A model generated the notes under the pieces. It had not been told where the DNA came from. It ran no database searches and saw only the letters and a list, made by a program, of their open reading frames with translations. The translations under genes were made by a program, and so were the position numbers. DNA of 64,000 nt from Felis catus. Lineage: Eukaryota. Every line of letters begins with the position of its first letter. Position 1 is the first letter of the stretch. The DNA lies in NCBI RefSeq assembly GCF_018350175.1, contig NC_058372.1, positions 30,380,001 to 30,444,000 of the forward strand, given 5' to 3'. Below, piece after piece: positions 31,008 to 42,755 of this stretch.

Positions 31008-33500
31008 TGGGGCGCCTGGGTGGCTCAGTCGGTTGAGCATCCGACTTCGACTCAGGTCATGATCTCACCATTCATGAGTTCGAGCCCCACGTCAGGCTCT
31101 GTGCTGACAGCTCAGGGCCTGGAGCCTGCTTCAGATTCTATGTCTCCCTCTCTCTCTTCCCCTTCCCCTCTCACGCTCTCTCTGTCTGTCTCTCTCTCTG
31201 TCTAAAATAAACATTAAAAAAAAAAAAAAACTCTCCTTTCCAGCCTCCTGCTGCTGCCTCTTGTATCTCCTTCCTAGGTTATTGCACAATCTCCTAACAA
31301 GGCTCCACTTCTGGTTTTGCCTCCAGCCCCCTAACTCCCATACCCCAGTCCATTCTTCGTGCAGCTTCCAGACTCATTTTTCTGAGGTACCAATCTGCGT
31401 GAGTCCCTGTCTCACTTAAAAATGCCAGTGGCTCCATTTTGGATCCTCTGTCTCCCTCTCTCTCTGCCCCTCCCCCTCTTGCTCTCGTTCTCTCTCTCTC
31501 TCAAAAATCAAATAAGTATTTATTATTTTTTGTAAAAATTTTTTTAACGTTTATTTATTCTTGAGACAGAGACAGAGCATGAATGGGGGAGGGGCAGAGA
31601 GAGAAGGAGACACAGAATCCAAAACAGGCTCCAAGCTGTCAGCACAGAGCCAGACGCGGGGCTCGAACCCACAGACCACGAGATCATGACCTGAGCTGAA
31701 GTTGGATGCTCAACCGACTGAGCCACCCAGGCGCCCCTATTTTTTGTTTATTTTTGAGAGAGAAAGAGACAGAGTGCGAGCAGGGGAGGGGCAGAAAGGG
31801 GGAGACACAGAATGGGAAGCAGGTTCCAAGCTCCCAGCTGTTAGCACAGGGTCCAACACAAGGTTCGAGCCCACAAGCCATGAGATCATGACCTGAGCCG
31901 AAGTCAGACGCTTAACTGACTGAGCCACCCAGGTGCCCAAAAAATAAAGTATTAAAAAAATAAATACAAAATAAATACAAAAATACAAAATAAATACAAA
32001 ATAAATGCAAAAAAATAAATACAAAATAAAACACTTAAAAATAAAAAATAAAAATTGTTGGTGGCTCCCCATTATAATTAGAAAGAAACAAAACTTCTTT
32101 TCTTGGTTTTAAACCCTTCAGAATGTATTCTCAGCTTACCTCCCAAGCCTCATCTCTGCTCCTTCTATTTGTACCCAATTGCACCTCTTGGCATACTTCA
32201 TACTCTTTTACCTCCAGTCCTTGCACATACCGTTCCCTCCATCTGGAATACTCCTTGCCATCTTCTTTCCCTCAACACTTAATGCCTGACACCCCTCCTC
32301 CAGGCCAAGTTTGATGGCTTTTCTGTGGGCTGCCCACCGACACACTTTGTTGTAATGATCTGGTAACCTTTCTGTCTTCTGCACGGGTCTTTGAGCTCCC
32401 GGAGGCCAGGGGACTGTCTTTTGCGTCTGCATCCTCATTGCCTTGTGCAAGGTACTCAGGAAATGTTTGTGAAATCCAGAGAAAGGCAAAGAGGCGAAAG
32501 GAGAGTGAAAAGAAATAATAGATGAGTTTGGAAGGCATGAAAAGCAAAGGGGAGGAAAACAGGAGAAATGAATCATACACACCCTGAATGTTACGTGCCT
32601 GTCACAGGACCCCAGACCACTCAGAAACTTTGTGCCAGAGAACAGCAATACGCCCAATGCCACAGAGGGAGGGCTGTAGCCGTTCAAAACCCTCAAAATG
32701 AAAGCATAACAACATCAACAAAAATAATAATGATAGTTGGGGTGCCTGGGTCACTCAGTTAAGCATCCGACTCTCGGTTTCAGCTCAGATCATGATCTCA
32801 GTTTGTGGGTTCAAGCCCTGCATCAGGCTCTGCGCGGATGGTGCAGAGCCTGCTTGGGATTCTCTCTCTCCCTCTCTCTCTTCCCCTCCCTCGTCTCTCT
32901 CTCAGAATAAATGAACCTAAAAAAATATAATAAGGGGGGGTGCCTGGGTGGCTTAGTCAGTTAAGGGTCCAACTTCAGTTCAGGTCATGATCTTGCAGTT
33001 TGTGGGTTCGAGCCCCCATCAGGCTCTCTGCTGACAGCTCAGAGCCTGGAACCTGCTTCAGATTCCATGTCTCCCTCTCTCTCTGCCCCTCCCCTGCTCA
33101 TGCTCTGTCTCTCTCTCAAAAATAAACAAACATAAAAATTTTTTAACTTTTTTAAATAATAAAAATAATGATGATATTTGACATAGCAGATTGTTATTTT
33201 CTCAATCTTATGAAACATGGATAAAATCATCTTTAGAAATCTTGCTTTTCATACTTACAAATTAAGTGAAAACTGGCTCATGTATAAAAGTGCTCATATA
33301 GGGGTGCCTGGGTGACTCCGTTGGTTCAGCGTCTGACTTCAGCCCAGGTCATGATCTCACGGTGCGTGGGTTCAAGCCTCGCGTCGGGCTCTGCGCTAAC
33401 AGTGAGGACCCTGCTTGGGATTCCCTCTCTCCCCCTCTCTCTCTCTGCCCCTCCACTGCTTGAACTTTCTCTCTCTCACAAAAATAAAAAAAAATAATAA
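31008..33500. mobile_element. Dense CanSINE cluster upstream of LTA (about 7 copies in both orientations) with an (AAAATAAATAC)n tail at 31939-32052
   Basis: + copies near 31008, 31433, 32740, 32936 and 33301; - copies 31536-31737 and 31740-31938. Confidence 0.9.
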
Positions 33501-33504
33501 AAAC

Positions 33505-33960
33505 AAAAGAATGTTCATATCAATATCTTTCATAGTAGCCAACAACTAGAAACAAACCAAATGTCCGTCCACAGAAGAATGAGTAAATAAATTAGAGCAT
33601 ATTCACACAATAGACCATGACATCATAATGAGAAACAAAGAAACCAGCCACTACTGATACATGCAACCACATGGATGAATCTCACAAACATCATGTTGAG
33701 TGAAAAAAGCTAAACCCAAACCAGTAAATTCTGTGTGACTTCATTTATACGATACAAAAGCAGGAACAACTAATCAATGGTGACCAGAAAGTGGTTGGTT
33801 ATCTTTGGAGGGTATCACCTGGGAGGGGGCATGAGAGAACCTTCTGGGGATCTGAAAAATATGGTGGCTACATGGCTATCAGCAGATGGAAATGTTCAAC
33901 AGGCTGTAAATTTAAGAGGTGTGCACCTTACTGCACCCAAGTTAAAAAGGGGAAATCTTT
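33505..33960 (+). mobile_element. Old L1 3' end
   Basis: AAACCAAATGTCCGTCCACAGAAGAATGAGTAAATAAATT...ACCACATGGATGAATCTCACAAACATCATGTTGAGTGAAA. Confidence 0.8.
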
Positions 33961-34782
33961 AACAATTTTAAAACAGAATACTGGTTCTGCAAATGCAGCT
34001 TCGAGACAAGTCCTGTGGTTGTCCCCACCTTGCCCTAGCTCACCACCCTCCAGCCCCTCACCACCCTCCAAAGTCTTCCCTGTAGAGAACTTCAGAAGTT
34101 GCTACATTCCTTGATCCCGGAGTGTGTGTTTGTTTGGGGTTATACAAATCTGATCTGTGGGGGGGCTGCCTAAGGTGGAGATAAGGTAGAAGACATCCCT
34201 CCACAGTGAGAGGAGACCTCATCGTATGTGAGTACGTGACGACATCTCTGAGAAGGGGAACCATAACATTTATCTTCCAAACGAGGACACTTCTGAGAGC
34301 AAAAGGGAGATCCATGAACATTTTCACCAGGACGGCAGGCATAAACCAGAATGTCCCAGGCAAGGGGGTAGATCATGGAACTTCTTGATATAAAACCTGC
34401 CAGATGACCAGGAAAGTCCACATACTGGGACAAGTGTGAGTTGAGCTGTTTGGGACAAGGATGGGGGCATCAGAGGAGGAAATGGGCACAGAGAGTAGCC
34501 TGTAATCAACCAAGGGTGCAGAGGTGTTATATATAATCGCTCTTCAGGGAACCGGGCCTCCAGCCCACGCCCCAGCTGCTCCCCCCTCCTCTCCGAATTC
34601 ACTGTCCGTCCCTTCCCTGGAACTCCTAAGCCTGACCCTGCTCCCTGCCCCTCCCAGCCCACGGTTCCCCTGACCCCACTCCCTTTCCCAGAACTCAGTC
34701 GTCTGAGCCCCCAGCCTGCGGTTCACTCCTAGGCCTCAGCCTTTCCTGCCTTCGACTGAAACAGCAGCATCTTCTAAGCCCT

Positions 34783-34899
34783 GGGGGCTTCCCCGGGCCC
34801 AGCTGGGGCCTAGAACCCGCCCGCCGCCTGCCACGCTGCCACTGCAGCTTCCTCTATAAAGGGACCCAGGCGTCCGGGCCCAGGGGCCCCACAGAGCAG
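34783..34899 (+). promoter_or_regulatory. LTA: LTA promoter and non-coding exon 1
   Basis: NF-kB site GGGGGCTTCCCC 34783-34794; TATAAA 34855-34860; exon 1 donor CAG|GTGAGA at 34899/34900. Confidence 0.85.
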
Positions 34900-35315
34900 G
34901 TGAGACTCTCCCGCCCCGTCTCCTTGGGCTGCCGGGGGGTGGACTCCCCTGGGCACTCTGCCCCTCCGCCTGCGCCCCGGCCCCCCTCCTGTACCTCCTG
35001 CCTGAGGCTGGGCCTTGGTGGGTTTGGTTTTGGTTTCTCCTCCCTCCGACTCTTCATCAGTCATTTTCTCCCTGTCTCTATCACACCTTCTCTGTTTCTG
35101 CCACGAGTCCTCTCTGTTCCCTTCCCGTGTCTCTGTTTCTCTTTCTGTCTCCCCCTGCTCACCTTGGGGTTTCCCTGACTGCATCTTGTCCCCTTCTCTT
35201 ATCCGTTTTGCCCTGTCTCTCAGATGGCTGTCTCTCCGCGGGCAGGCAGGAGGCCGTCATCTGCACCTTGCCCCGCCCCACTCACTGTCTCTCTCCCCCC
35301 CCGCAGGTTCTCCCC

Positions 35316-36267
35316 ATGACACCACCTGGAAGGCTCTACCTCCTGCGGGTGTGCAGCGCCCCCCTCCTCCTCCTCCTTCTGGGGCTGCTGCTGGCCCTGC
35401 CGCCTGAGGCCCAGGTGAGGCAGCAGGAGAACGAGAACGGGGCAGCAGGGGTGGCCCAGCCCATCTTTGGGCCCTAGAGCCATCCTCGTCCGTCTTCTCC
35501 CCTAGGGGCTTCCTGGTGTTGGCATCTCACCCTCAGCTGCCCGGACTACCTATCAGCACCCTCAGAAGCACTTCGCACAAGGCACCCTCAAACCTGCTGC
35601 TCATCTTATTGGTAAACACCATCTGGCCCTCCAGACACATAGTCCCCAGCTCTCCTCCTACACCCCCTCAAGGAACCAAGCATCTACCGCACCCCTCCCC
35701 CAACTTTCTCCACCTCCCAAAACAGGGCCATCCCTCTCCCATCTGTCCTCCCAACCATCCCCCCAGGAACCCAGTCCAGCACCTACTTCCTCAGGGATTA
35801 AGACTGCTGACCCCCAGCTTCTTGACCTCTCCCATCCCCTATGGCTCTTCCTAGGAGACCCCAGCACCCAGAACTCACTGCGCTGGAGAGCAAACACAGA
35901 TCGTGCCTTCCTCCGCCATGGCTTCTCCTTGAGCAACAATTCCCTCCTGGTCCCCACCAGTGGCCTCTACTTTGTCTACTCTCAGGTGGTCTTCTCTGGG
36001 GAAGGCTGCTTCCCCAAGGCCACCCCGACCCCTCTCTACCTGGCCCATGAGGTCCAGCTCTTCTCCTCCCAGTACCCCTTCCACGTGCCTCTCCTCAGTG
36101 CTCAGAAGTCCGTGTGCCCAGGGCCACAGGGACCTTGGGTGCGCTCTGTGTACCAGGGAGCTGTGTTCCTGCTCACCCAGGGAGATCAGCTATCCACTCA
36201 CACAGATGGCATCTCCCACCTACTCCTCAGCCCCAGTAGTGTCTTCTTTGGAGCGTTTGCTCTGTAG
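35316..36267 (+). CDS. LTA: Lymphotoxin alpha, 205 aa
   Basis: Exons 35316-35414 (signal peptide [10 protein letters not shown]...PEAQ), 35506-35611 (...TLKPAAHLI), 35855-36267 (TNF homology domain ending SVFFGAFAL*) = 618 nt. Confidence 0.98.
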
Positions 36268-36611
36268 AAATCTCCAGAAAGAAAATTAATTGGTTTCAAG
36301 ACCTTCTCCCATTTTGCCTCCGTGCTGACCACTTCAAGGGTGTCACCACACCTCTTTCGACCATTCCACGTGTCTCAAGTCTCCCCTGCTCATGTTACCT
36401 GGAGCTTCCAAAGAAGGAATTCTAGGCAGCCCGGGGGACCACACCCGCCTGAACTACACCGATGCGAGGCTGAGGATTTCGAGTCTGCCTAGAAATTCCC
36501 ACCCAGAGCTCTTCATCTGTCCTGCCCCTCTAAGGAAGGCCTGGCCCTGCACGTGGAGGGGGCAGACACATGGAGGAGCTTGAGTGGATGACAGGAGGCA
36601 GGGGAGGGGGG

Positions 36612-36884
36612 ATTATTTATAAAGGGAAAAAATTAAATTATTTATTTATGGAGGATGGAGGGAAGGGAATAATAGAGGGCCATCAGAAGAGAGAGAGAGA
36701 GAGATACAACCAAGAGATGAAGAGCCAGAGAACATCAGCATAAGGATAATCCAGTGAGAGAGAAAACAAGTGAATCTGAGACACCGGGAGCTCTAGAAGG
36801 AAGCAAGAGACTCTTAAGATCCAGCCACTGCTTGACTAGACACCCCATGAGGAGACATCTGCACCTTCAATGAAGCCCAATAAA
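36612..36884 (+). terminator. LTA 3'UTR AU-rich element and poly(A) signal
   Basis: TTATTTAT repeats 36612-36649; AATAAA 36879-36884. Confidence 0.8.
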
Positions 36885-37489
36885 CCTCTTTTCTCTGAAA
36901 TGCTGTCTATGTCTGTCTGTCTGGGAGGGGAGAATTTCCCAGGTCTCTAAGGGATGGAAGGAGGACAGAGGCCCCCGAAGAGACAGGAACTGTGGGCATA
37001 CAAGGAGATAAAGGGGCCTAAGGAGCTCTGGGGGAATGTGGTAAAGTCATAGAGGTGAGGCAACCAGAGATATTGCAGGGAAACCAAAGGATAAGCTGGG
37101 AAGAAAAGGGAAACATGGGGGTCCAAGGTCTGGAGGAGTGGAGGTCAGGGGGGCCACTGGCAGATGCGGCCACATGTCGAGGCTCTGAGGAAAGGGGGTT
37201 ACAGGAGGCCTCTAGGGAGAAGTGATCACACCAAAGGTGTTCAGGACCATGGGGGTGGACATGGGGATCCTCTGGAAGACATGGCTGTACAAGGGTCCTG
37301 AGGAGTGGGAGAGCGCCCAAGGCGGGGGGGGGGGGGCACCCAGGGGACACTTTAGGGGACAAGGTGATACAGAGGGGCTCTGAGGGCTAGGGCTACCTCC
37401 AGAAATCTGGAGGGAGTTGGAGTTCTTTGGGATACATGGCCCCACACAGGGGCTCTGAGGGATGGGGGCTTCATGCAAAAGTCAGGGCT

Positions 37490-37709
37490 TCAGGGACACC
37501 TGGGTGGCTTGGTCAGTTAAGCGTCCAACTTCAGCTCTGGTCATGATCTCACAGTTCATGAGTTCGAGCCCCTCATAAGGTTCTGTGCTAACAGCTCAGA
37601 GCTTGGAGCCTGCTTCGGATTCTGTCTGTCTCTCTCTCTCTGCTCTCTCCCCATTCATACTCTGTCTCTCTGTCTCTGTCTCAAAAATAAACATTAAAAT
37701 TTTTTTTTA
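37490..37709 (+). mobile_element. CanSINE in the TNF distal promoter
   Basis: 13-bp target-site duplication AAAAGTCAGGGCT at 37477-37489 and 37710-37722. Confidence 0.93.
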
Positions 37710-37809
37710 AAAAGTCAGGGCTCCAGATTCCCTTGGAAGCCAAGAATGAAACTATCACTGCTGAGTTCCTGGTCAGAATGAAAGGAGAAGGCCTGCCCTC
37801 CTGGGGTTC

Positions 37810-37851
37810 GTGAATTCCCAGGGTTGCTTTCACTCCCACTGGGGCTGTCCC
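37810..37851 (+). promoter_or_regulatory. TNF distal NF-kB cluster (kB2/zeta/kB2a homologue)
   Basis: GTGAATTCCC 37810-37819, GGGTTGCTTTC, GGGGCTGTCCC 37841-37851; same order and spacing as the recalled human TNF cluster near -600. Confidence 0.75.
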
Positions 37852-38435
37852 AGGCATGTCCCTGCTATTTACCGCCCCCTCCCCAGCCCTTTCAGAGACC
37901 CCTATTCACATCCCCAGCCTTCTCTCAAGCTCCCTTCTCTCAAGCTTCTTTTTCTCCCAGGGACCCAAACACATGTCTCAGGACCCAACACAACTTTCCC
38001 CCCTAAACCATCCCCCCCCCCCCGTCAGGTTTCTCCCCACCAAGGACTCTGCTTTCTGAAGTCCTTCCCCTTTCTAGCTCTACACCTACCTAAGTCCTGT
38101 CTGGAAATCAGAGGGAAACAGGCCATGGACATGATCCTCAAGAAAAAAACAAAAATGGAGGGAATTGGGGGCAGTGGGAAACTGGGGTCCAGCCTCCAGG
38201 GTCCTACATATGCACCAAGCCTCCCTCAGAATCCGAGTGGGGCGGATAGGAAGTATCCTTGATGCCTGGGTGTCCCCAACNNNNNNNNNNNNNNNNNNNN
38301 NNNNNNNNNNNNNNNNNNNNNNNNNNNNNNNNNNNNNNNNNNNNNNNNNNNNNNNNNNNNNNNNNNNNNNNNNNNNNNNNNNNNNNNNNNNNNNNNNNNN
38401 NNNNNNNNNNNNCCGCCCTCCTCTTGCCCTGTGGG

Positions 38436-38443
38436 TATATAAA
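38436..38443 (+). promoter_or_regulatory. TNF TATA box
   Basis: TATATAAA, downstream of a GC box at 38413; the more proximal promoter elements lie in the N run 38281-38412. Confidence 0.85.
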
Positions 38444-38661
38444 TGCAGCTGTCTGCACACCCAGTCAGCAGAAGCTTCCTCAGCGAAGACACCAGGGGAC
38501 CAGCCAGGAGAGAGAGAGAAGCAACTCCAGACCCCCCCGGAAATAACATCTCAGACGACACACCCCCAGACAAGCAGCCAGGCGATTCTCTCCCTCTCAC
38601 ACACGCTGCCTTAGGGCTCTACCATCACCCAGCTGGACTTGAGCCCCCTGGGAAGAACGCC

Positions 38662-40419
38662 ATGAGCACTGAAAGCATGATCCAGGACGTGGAGCTGGCC
38701 GAGGAGGCACTCCCCAAGAAGGCAGGGGGCCCCCAGGGCTCCAGAAGGTGCTTGTGCCTCAGCCTCTTCTCCTTCCTCCTCGTCGCAGGAGCCACCACAC
38801 TCTTCTGCCTGCTGCACTTTGGAGTGATCGGCCCCCAGAGGGAAGAGGTGAGTGCCACACCAGACTTGGCTCATTCTCCTACCCAGAGAGAAATGGGAGA
38901 GCAGGAGGGCAAGAAATGGGGTGGAGGAAGGAGGTGTGCTGATGGGGATGGGTGAGAGAAAACGTGGAGAAAGACGGGAGGCAGAAAGAGATGTGGAGAG
39001 CGATGAAGAGAGAAGGGACGGAGCACACCAAAGGTGCTCTCTAAGCACTTCTTGAATGAATGAATGAGCACACACATAGACAGACAGAGAGAGAGAGAGA
39101 GATGTGTGGAGAGATGTGGGGTGTGGGTTGAGAGATGGGAATAAAGATGCGAGACACAATGATGTGGGCGATATGAGAGAGATAAGGAAAGAGGTGAAGA
39201 AAGAGATAAGGAAAGACAGACAGATGTCTGTCACGTGGAAGACAGTGAAAGTGCTGTTGAATGAATGAATGGATGAATCAATCGATGAACGGAGAGAGAG
39301 AACCAGAGTATGAGCTGCATAAACAACCTAGCTGTTTCTCGGTTAGGGGTAACTTGTTCTGATGCTAAACCTCCTCCTTCTCCCCAACAGCTCCCACATG
39401 GCCTGCAACTAATCAACCCTCTGCCCCAGACACTCAGTAAGTGTCTCCAAAGCTTCTCTCCTGGTTCTGGGCTTGGGCGAGGGTGGAGGTTAGTCCTGGG
39501 ATAGCAGCAGAGGGGGAAATTCAGAGTTTGGGTTTGAGGGGAGGAGGAATGGAAGTCAAAGTGGGATATTTTCCAGGAAGCGTAAGGGTCTCACCTTTTT
39601 CTTTCCTCTTTCCTCCTCAGGATCATCTTCTCGAACTCCGAGTGACAAGCCAGTAGCCCATGTAGTAGGTAAGACTTCTGAGGCTGTAGCTGGAGGATGG
39701 CGAAGCAGGTGGGACATAGAGGGCTAGGATTTGGGGGCTGAGCCCAGGCTGAAGGCTGAGCCCAGGCCTTGGAGATGATATGAGAAGGACTCACTGAGCT
39801 CAAGGAGAGAGTGAAGGAAGAGCACAGGCCTTGAGGGGGACACTCAGAACCTCATGGCCACACGAGACGTGGGAGGACAGACAGAGGGGACAGGAACCGG
39901 ATGTGGGGGGGGGCAGAACTTGAGGGCCAGGATGTGGAGAGTGGAACTAACAGGGTCACACTGACTTACCCCTCCCTCCTTCTCTCCTTCCCTCCAGCAA
40001 ACCCCGAAGCTGAAGGGCAACTCCAGTGGCTGAGCCGGCGTGCCAATGCCCTCCTGGCCAATGGCGTGGAGCTGACAGACAACCAACTGAAGGTGCCCTC
40101 AGACGGGCTGTACCTCATCTACTCCCAGGTCCTCTTCACAGGCCAAGGANNNNNNNNNNNNNNNNNNNNNNNNNNNNNNNNNNNNNNNNNNNNNNNNNNN
40201 NNNNNNNNNNNNNNNNNNNNNNNNNNNNNNNNNNNNNNNNNNNNNNNNNNNNNNNNNNNNNNNNNNNNNNNNNNNNNNNNNNNNNNNNNNNNNNNNNNNN
40301 NNNNNNNNNNNNNCTTCCAACTGGAGAAGGGTGATCGACTCAGCGCTGAGATCAATCTGCCTGCCTATCTTGACTTTGCCGAGTCTGGGCAAGTCTACTT
40401 TGGAATCATTGCCCTGTGA
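38662..40419 (+). CDS. TNF: Tumor necrosis factor, 233 aa
   Basis: Exons 38662-38847 (186 nt), 39391-39436 (46), 39621-39668 (48), 39998-40419 (422, N run 40150-40313 inside) = 702 nt; [20 protein letters not shown]...[10 protein letters not shown]. Confidence 0.98.
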
Positions 40420-40609
40420 GGGGGCCGGACATCCATCCTTGCCCACCTCAACTCCTTTGTTATCTGCTCCTTCTGACCCCCTCATCCCCTTCTGGCTTAG
40501 AAAGAGAATTAGGGGCTCAGGGCTGGGCCCCAAGCTTAGAACTTTAAATAACAACACTTAGAAACCTAAGATCCGGGGACCTGGACTTTGGAGCATTGGC
40601 CACCAGCAA

Positions 40610-40722
40610 GAATTCAAACTGGGGCTTCCAGCATTCACTGGAGATCTCAGGTTTGGGTCCCTCAACGCAACCTGGGACACCTGGAATTCGGGGGTCAGGG
40701 AACCTTTCTGGCCAGACACTTC
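40610..40722 (+). promoter_or_regulatory. Homologue of the TNF 3'UTR PKR-activating element (2-APRE)
   Basis: Starts GAATTCAAACTGGGGCTTCCAG and ends CTTTCTGGCCAGA, matching both ends of the recalled human element, upstream of the ARE. Confidence 0.65.
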
Positions 40723-40852
40723 AGCACATCCCTTAAGAAGATCTCACCTACAACTTGACATGAGTGGACCTCAGGCCCCCCTTTCTTCAGATATTTCCAG
40801 ACTCTTCCCTGAGATGGAAAGCCCAGCCCCTCCCTCATGGGGCCAGCTCCCT

Positions 40853-40925
40853 CTATTTATATTTGCACTAGTGATTATTTATTATTTATTTATTATTTAT
40901 TTATTTACTGATGAATATATTTATT
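40853..40925 (+). promoter_or_regulatory. TNF class II AU-rich element
   Basis: Overlapping TTATTTATT array: GATTATTTATTATTTATTTATTATTTATTTATTTA. Confidence 0.95.
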
Positions 40926-40977
40926 TGGGAGGTTGGGGTGTCCTGGGAGACCAAATGAAGGGGCTGCCTTGACTCGG

Positions 40978-41000
40978 ACATGTTTTCTGTGAAAACGGAG
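40978..41000 (+). promoter_or_regulatory. Constitutive decay element (Roquin-binding triloop hairpin)
   Basis: ACATGTTTTC-TGT-GAAAACGGAG: stem 40981-40987 pairs with 40991-40997 around a UGU triloop; identical to the recalled mouse Tnf CDE core. Confidence 0.92.
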
Positions 41001-41190
41001 CTGAACTCTAGGCTCTTCCCTCCTGGCCTCCTGGCCTCTGTGCCTCCTTTTGCTTATATATTTTTAAAAATATTTATCTGATCGAGTTGTCTAATTAATG
41101 CTGATTTGGTGACTGACTGTCGCTACATCGCTGAACCTCTGCTCCCCAGGGGAGTTATGTCTGTAACCGCCCTACTGTTCAGTGGCGAGA

Positions 41191-41196
41191 AATAAA
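41191..41196 (+). terminator. TNF poly(A) signal
   Basis: AATAAA in the conserved context CAGTGGCGAGAAATAAAATGT. Confidence 0.85.
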
Positions 41197-41317
41197 ATGT
41201 ACCTAGAAAAGACACATGCATGGTCTCTTTGTTGGCATTAATTCTGCGGCTGCTTCTCCTTGGGGGTGGGGAGCCACTCCCTGAAGTCCCCTCTCTCTCT
41301 CTCTCTCTACATGGCTT

Positions 41318-41386
41318 AAGATCCCTGAACCCATAAAAATAAATGTGAATAAAAGTTAAAAAAAAAAAAAAAGATCCCTGAACCCA
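41318..41386 (+). mobile_element. Extremely 5'-truncated retro-insertion (37 bp) with a 16-bp TSD
   Basis: AAGATCCCTGAACCCA at 41318-41333 and 41371-41386 flanks an A-rich insert ending in poly(A); TT/AAGA nick site. Confidence 0.85.
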
Positions 41387-41504
41387 GTCCCCACTCCTTA
41401 GACTACTGGGACTCAGGAGACCCTACATAGAACAAAGCCAAGCCACAAATGCCCCTCCTCCAGGAAACTGGAGCCTGAACCTAATTACCTCTCCCTCAGG
41501 GCAT

Positions 41505-41571
41505 GGGAATTTCCAACTCTGGCAATTCCACGGGGGAAGTCCTACTCCTTAAGTGTTCAGGTGAGATTTCC
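41505..41571 (+). promoter_or_regulatory. TNF 3' NF-kB enhancer (kB4 / HSS+3 homologue)
   Basis: Perfect GGGAATTTCC 41505-41514, then GGCAATTCCA, GGGGAAGTCC 41533-41542 and GTGAGATTTCC 41561-41571. Confidence 0.8.
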
Positions 41572-41921
41572 GGCTGTTGCAGCCAGCAAGAGAGCCTGGG
41601 AAGGGCCACATTCTCAGGCACCTGAATCACAGCCAAAGGACTTTCAGACCTTCAGGCATCAGGGCTCCAAATCTGCCTGATCCTGGGCTCCCCCAGCAGC
41701 CCTAACTGTGCAACCTGACCCAGTTGCTAAGCCTCATCTACCCAATGAAGATTCTGCATGTGGGGCCACGACAGAATAGAGGACCTAAGCTACGTGAGAG
41801 CACCTAGCGTAGCACATGGCATAATAAGTGCTCAGTGAATTCTGACTTTCTTCCTTCATACAGCCCCCAGCTGTTCTCTCTGCTTCGGTCTCTCAGTGGG
41901 TGGACTTGAAGAGACGAAGGA

Positions 41922-42150
41922 GGGGCGCCTGGGTGGCTCAGTAGGTTGAGCGTCCGACTTCAGCTCAGGTCATGATCTCACACTTTGTGAGTTCGAGTCC
42001 CGCGTCCGGCTCTGTGCTGACAGCTCAGAGACTGGAGCCCGCTTCAGATTCTGTGTCTCCCCCTCTCTCTGCCCCTCCCCTGCTCATGCTTGGTCTCTCT
42101 CTGTCTCAAAAATAAATAAAAACATTTTAAAAAATTTAAAAAAAAAAAGA
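41922..42150 (+). mobile_element. Full-length CanSINE between TNF and LTB
   Basis: GGGGCGCCTGGGTGGCTCAG head; GAAGAGAC repeated on both flanks. Confidence 0.92.
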
Positions 42151-42681
42151 AGAGACAAAGGAAAATTTAAAAAGAGGAATAAGGTGCAGGTGAAGGACTC
42201 ACGTGCAAACTCTCACAGATTTTCTTGGTGAATGATGAGGGGAGGGACATGAGGTGAGTGAGCTGAAAAGAGAAAAAAAGCACTCTCTGTCCCCAGGAAG
42301 ACTCTTCTGGACACAGAGTCAAAGACAAATATGGAGTCAGAAATGAAGACCCAGGGAGTGGGAGTCCCCACTGGGTTCAGAAGTTGGCCCTTCCTTCCTG
42401 CCAGGGCTGCCAGGCAGGGGGAAACCGTGTGGTCTGCCGCAGTGGGATAACCCACTGGGGTGACCTAGATAGGGCCTTGGGTCCCTCTCTGCCTCCTCCA
42501 GCCTGGAGCTGAAAGTGTGTCATGGGGTGATGGGGCTGTTGTTACTCACCCCGGGGCCCCAATACTTGCCAGTGCATGGAAAGCACAGCTGAAGTGCGAA
42601 CAAGGGGTGAGGACTTTCCATCTCACCCTGGACAGGGCCAGGTGGCCAACAGAGTTTCCCCCTCGAGTTCTCCCTGGTGTC

Positions 42682-42755
42682 CTCAGGTACCCTCCCCGCC
42701 CCAGCTCTCTCTTTCAGTCTCAGGTACCCTCCCCGCCCCAGCTCTCTCTTTCAGT
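42682..42755. repeat. Perfect 37-bp tandem duplication
   Basis: CTCAGGTACCCTCCCCGCCCCAGCTCTCTCTTTCAGT x2 (42682-42718, 42719-42755). Confidence 0.95.

Noticed and set aside
37373-37461. 14-bp direct repeat AGGGGCTCTGAGGG, 75 bp apart, upstream of TNF
   Set aside because: There is no poly(A) or element between the copies; probably an old local duplication in G-rich DNA, with no further support.
40326-40339. TNF exon 4 AAGGGTGATCGACT resembles the complement of the SNORD84 guide element
   Set aside because: Only 9 contiguous bases pair, which is not unusual by chance in 128 kb of two-strand sequence, and the match breaks at a synonymous position.
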